DNA from: Mobula hypostoma
Taxonomy: Eukaryota
Length of the DNA stretch: 64,000 nt
Direction: 5' to 3'
NCBI RefSeq assembly: GCF_963921235.1
Contig: NC_086108.1
Span: 5,084,001-5,148,000, forward strand
Shown here: positions 59,801 to 64,000 of the stretch, piece by piece
Numbering within the stretch: the stretch's first letter is position 1
How the letters are laid out: the number at the start of each line of letters is the position of its first letter
Translations under genes and position numbers: made by a program
Notes under the pieces: generated by a model
What the model was told of the DNA's origin: nothing
Database searches by the model: none
What the model saw: the letters and a program-made list of their open reading frames with translations, nothing else

Positions 59801-62800
59801 CGGGAATCCCTGTACGAGTGTCAGTGGTTACAGTGAGGGGGGGAATCCCTGTACGAGTGTCAGTGGTTACAGTGGGGGGGTGGAATCCCTGTACGAGTGT
59901 CAGTGTTTACAGTGAGGGGGGGGTATCCCTGTAAGAGTGTCAGTGGTTACAGTGAGGGGACGAATCGCTGTACGAGTGTCAGTGGTTACAGTGAGGGGGG
60001 ATCCCTGAACGAGTGTCAGTGGTTATAGTCAGTGGGGGGAATCCCTTTACGAGTGTCAGTGGTTACAGTGAGAGGGGGAATCCCTGTATGAGTGTCAGTG
60101 TTTACAGTGAGGGGGAGGGAATCCCTGTATGAGTGTCAGTGGTTACAGTGAGGGGGGAATCCCTGTACGAGTGTGAGTGGTTATAGTGAGGAGAGGAATC
60201 CCTGTAAGAGTGTGAGTGGTTATAGTGAGGAGAGGAATCCCTGTACGAGTGTCAGTGGTTACTGTGGGGGGGGGGAATCCCTGTACGAGTGTCAGTGATT
60301 ACAGTGAGGGGGGTATCCCTGTACGAGTGTCAGTGGTTACAGTGAAGGAGGGGTATCCCTGTACTATTGTCAGTGGTTACAGTGAGGGGGTGAATCCCTC
60401 TACAAGTGTCAGAGGTTACAGTGAGGGGGGGGGAATCCCTGTAGAAGTGTCAGTGGTTACAGTGAGGGGAGGAATCGATGTTCGAGTGTCAGTGGTTACA
60501 GTGAGGGGGGATCCCTGAACGAGTGTCAGTGGTTACAGTGAGGGGGGAGAATCCCTGTAGAAGTGGCAGTGTTTACAGTGAGGGGGGGGAAATCCCTGTA
60601 CGAGTGTCAGTGGTTACAGTGAGGGGGGGGGATCTCTGTAGAAGTGTCAGTGGTTACAGTGAGGGGGGAATCCCTGTACGAGTGTCAGTGGTTACAGTGA
60701 GGGGGGGAACCCTGTACGAGTGTCAGTGGTTACAGTGACGGGGGGAATCCTTCACGAGTGTCAGTGGTTACAGTGAGGGAGGGAATCCCTGTACGAGTGT
60801 CAGTGGTTACAGTGAGGGGGAGGGGGGAATTCCCGTACGAGTGTCAGTGGTTACAGTGAGGGAGGGAATCCCTGTACGAGTGTCAGTGGTTACAGTGAGA
60901 GGTGGAATCCCTGTACGAGTGTCAGTGGTTACAGTGAGGCGTGGGGAAATATCTGTACGAATGACAGTGGTTACAGTGAGAGGGGGTAGTCCCTGTACGA
61001 GTGTCAGTGGTGACAGTGGGGAGGGGGATCGCTGTACAAGTGTCACTGTATACAGTGAGGGGGAGGGAATCCTTGTACGAGTGTCAGAGTTTACAGTGAG
61101 TGGGTAATCCCTGTACGAGTGTCAGTGGTTACAGCGAGGGGGGAATCCCTGTATGAGTGTCAGTGGTTACAGTGAGGGGGGAAATCCCTGTACAACTCTT
61201 AGTGCTTACAGTGAGGGGGGCAATCCCTGTACGAGTGTCAGTGGTTACAGTGAGGGGGGGAATCCCTGTACGAGTGTCAGTGGTTACAGTGAGGGGGGAA
61301 TCCCTTTACGAGTGTCAGTGGTGACGGGGGGGTGGATCGCTGTACGAGTGTCACTGCACACAGTAAGGGGGAGGGAATCCCTGTATGAGTGTCAGTGGTT
61401 ACAGTGAGGGGGGAATCCCTGTATGAGTATCAGTGGTTACAGTTAGGAGGGGAATCCCTGTAGGGGTGTCAGTGGTTACAGTGAGGGAGGAATCCCTGTA
61501 CGAGTGTGAGTGGTTACAGTGAGGGGAGGAATACCTGTACGAGTGTCAGTGGTTACAGTGAGGGGGGGGGAATCCCAGTACGAGTGTCAGTGGTTACAGT
61601 GAGGGGAGATCCCTGTATGAGTGTCAGTGGTTACAGTGACGGGGTGGAATCCCTTACGAGTGTCAGTGGTTACAGTGAGGGAGGGAATCCCTGTACGAGT
61701 GTCAGTGGTTACAGTGAGGGGGAGGGAGGAATCCCTGTACGAGTGTCAGTGGTTACAGTGAGAGGGGGAATCCCTGTACGAGTGTCAGTGGTTACAGTGA
61801 GGGAGGTAATCCCTGTACGAGTGTCAGTGGTTACAGTGAGAGGGGACACCCTGTATGAGTGTCAGTGGTTACAGTGAGGGGGGGAATCCCTGTACGAGTG
61901 TCAGTGGTTACAGTGAGGGGAGGAATCGCTGTACAAGTGTCAGTGGTTACAGTGAGGGGGGATCCCCGTACGAGTGTCAGTGGTTACAGTGGGGGGGAGG
62001 AATCCCTGTACGAGTGTCAGTGGTTACAGTGACGGGGGGGAATCCCTGTACGAGTGTCAGTGGTTACAGTGAGGGAGGGAATCCCTGTACGAGTGTCAGT
62101 GGTTACAGTGAGGGCAGGGGGGAATTCCCGTACGAGTGTCAGTGGTTACAGTGAGAGGGGGTATCCCTGTACGAGTGTCAGTGGTTACAGTGAGGGGGGA
62201 ATCCCTGTACGAGTGTCAGTGGTTACAGTGACGGGGTGGAATCCCTTACGAGTGTCAGTGGTTACAGTGAGGGAGGGAATCCCTGTACGAGTGTCAGTGG
62301 TTACAGTGAGGGGGAGGGAGGAATCCCTGTACGAGTGTCAGTGGTTACAGTGAGAGGGGGAATCCCTGTACGAGTGTCAGTGGTTACAGTGAGGGAGGGA
62401 ATCCCTGTACGAGTGTCAGTGGTTACAGTGAGGGGGGAATCCCTGTACGAGTGTCAGTGGTTACAGTGAGGGGGGGAATCCCTGTACGAGTGTCAGTGGT
62501 TACAGTGAGGGGAGGAATCCCTGTACGAGTGTCAGTGGTTACAGTGAGGGGGGATCCCTGTACGAGTGTTAGAGGTTACAGTGATGGGGTGGAATCCCTG
62601 TACGAGTGTCAGTGGTTACAGTGACGGGGGAATCCCTGTACGAGTGTCAGTGGTTACAGTGAGGGAGGGAATCCCTGTACGAGTGTCAGTGGTTACAGTG
62701 AGGGGAGGGGGGAATTCCCGTACGAGTGTCAGTGGTTACAGTGAGAGGGGGAATCCCTGTACGAGTGTCAGTGGTTACAGTGAGGGGTGGGGGAATCTCT

Positions 62801-64000
62801 GTACGAATGACAGTGGTTACAGTGAGGGGGGGGAAATCCCTGTACGAGTGTCAGTGGTTACAGTGAGGGGGGGAATCCCTGTACGAGTGTCAGTGGTTAC
62901 AGTGAGGGGGGATCCCCGTACGAGTGTCAGTGGTTACAGTGGGGGGGAGGAATCCCTGTACGAGTGTCAGTGGTTACAGTGACGGGGGGTAATCCTTTAC
63001 GAGTGTCAGTGGTTACAGTGAGGGAGGGAATCCCTGTACGAGTGTCAGTGGTTACAGTGAGGGGAGGGGGGAATTCCCGTACGAGTGTCAGTGGTTACAG
63101 TGAGAGGGGGAATCCCTGTACGAGTGTCAGTGGTTACAGTGAGGGGGGGGGGGAATCCCTGTACGAGTGTCAGTGGTTACAGTGGGGGGGGGGAATCCCT
63201 GTACGAGTGTCAGTGGTTACAGTGACGGGGTGGAATCCCTTACGAATGTCAGTGTTTACAGTGAGGGGGAGGGAATCCCTGTATGAGTGTCAGTGGTTAC
63301 AGTGAGGGGGGAATCCCTGTACGAGTGTCAGTGGTTATAGTGAGGAGAGGAATCCCTGTAAGAGTGTGAGTGGTTATAGTGAGGAGAGGAATCCCTGTAC
63401 GAGTGTCAGTGGTTACAGTGGGGGGGGGAATCCCTGTACGAGTGTCAGTGGTTACAGTGAGGGCGGGGGTATCCCTGTACGAGTGTCAGTGGTTACAGTG
63501 AGGGCGGGGGGTATCCCTGTACGAGTGTCAGTGGTTACAGTGAGGGGGGGGTATCCCTGTACGAGTGTCAGTGGTTACAGTAAGGGGGGGGGAAATCCCT
63601 GTACGAGTGTCAGTGGTTATTGTGAGGGGGGGAATCCCTGCACGAGTGTCAGTGGTTACAGTGAGGGGAAGAATCGCTGTACGAGTGTCAGTGGTTACAG
63701 TGAGGGGGGATCCCTGTATGAGTGTCAGTGGTTACAGTGACGGGGTGGAATCCCTTACGAGTGTCAGTCGTTACAGTGAGGGGGAGGGAGGAATCCCTGT
63801 ACGAGTGTCAGTGGTTACAGTGAGAGGGGGAATCCCTGTACGAGTGTCAGTGGTTACAGTGAGGGGGGAATCCCTGTACGAGTGTCAGTGGTTACAGTGA
63901 GGGGGGGAATCCCTGTACGAGTGTCAGTGGTTACAGTGACGGGGGTTTTCCTTTACGAGTGTCAGTGGTTACCGTGAGGGAGGGAATCCCTGTACGAGTG
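44863..64000 (+). repeat. Same tandem satellite array, right of the gap (subfamily C), continuing past the window end
   Basis: Same core and same orientation. C markers recur: GGGAATTCCCG, CTGTACGAATGAC, GGTTTTCCTTTAC, GAGGAGAGGAATCCCTGTAAGAGTGTGAG and GAAGGAGGGGTATCCCTGTACTATTG. Confidence 0.99.

Noticed and set aside
13055..61046. Minus-strand Thr/Pro-rich reading (TVTTDTRTGIPPL)n resembling a mucin VNTR exon
   Set aside because: Frame-breaking 37, 38 and 40 bp monomers are abundant and are reproduced between higher-order copies, so they are not just homopolymer errors. The listed minus-strand ORFs are under 80 aa, and no flanking coding sequence is present.
18..63900. Hundreds of + strand ORFs (GIPVRVSVVTVRG / GGNPCTSVSGYSE repeats), including the 333-aa ORF at 17343 and the 309-aa ORF at 23522
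   Set aside because: A 39-bp monomer leaves two + frames open by chance. G-tract length changes and 1-2 bp deletions shift frame every few monomers, ORFs overlap in different frames, most starts are GTG from the repeat, and there is no unique domain.
1..64000. CRISPR-like appearance (32-nt conserved repeat with weak dyad symmetry and a variable linker)
   Set aside because: Linkers are only ~5-18 nt G tracts rather than unique 25-45 nt spacers. There is no leader and no cas gene, and the variation pattern is that of a satellite.

Overview
The whole 64 kb is one head-to-tail tandem satellite/minisatellite array on a single strand, interrupted only by a 200-N scaffold gap (44663-44862). The monomer is a conserved 32-nt core AATCCCTGTACGAGTGTCAGTGGTTACAGTGA plus a variable G-rich tract (mostly G6-G8 or GGGAGGG). 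The modal length is 38-39 bp, giving roughly 1,600-1,650 copies (estimated from length, not counted). I can support no gene, RNA gene, CRISPR array or mobile element; every ORF in the track is a translation of the repeat. Diagnostic variant monomers divide the array into subfamily domains: A (~1-6.7 kb, ~15.8-24.8 kb, ~41.7-44.66 kb), a near-consensus stretch (~6.7-15.8 kb), B (~24.85-37.2 kb) and C (~37.2-41.7 kb and after the gap). These carry nested higher-order repeats from ~0.28 to ~7.6 kb. The most notable points are: (1) the monomer junction GGGGAATCCC matches the NF-kB/Rel kB consensus in most copies; (2) the single CpG decays as expected for methylated DNA; (3) the two major domain borders share the same rare degenerate cassette; (4) higher-order copies differ mainly by reverting to consensus, which could be gene conversion or an assembly artefact. 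The sequence looks like eukaryotic, probably animal, DNA (inference). It gives no direct evidence of a new protein-based system.
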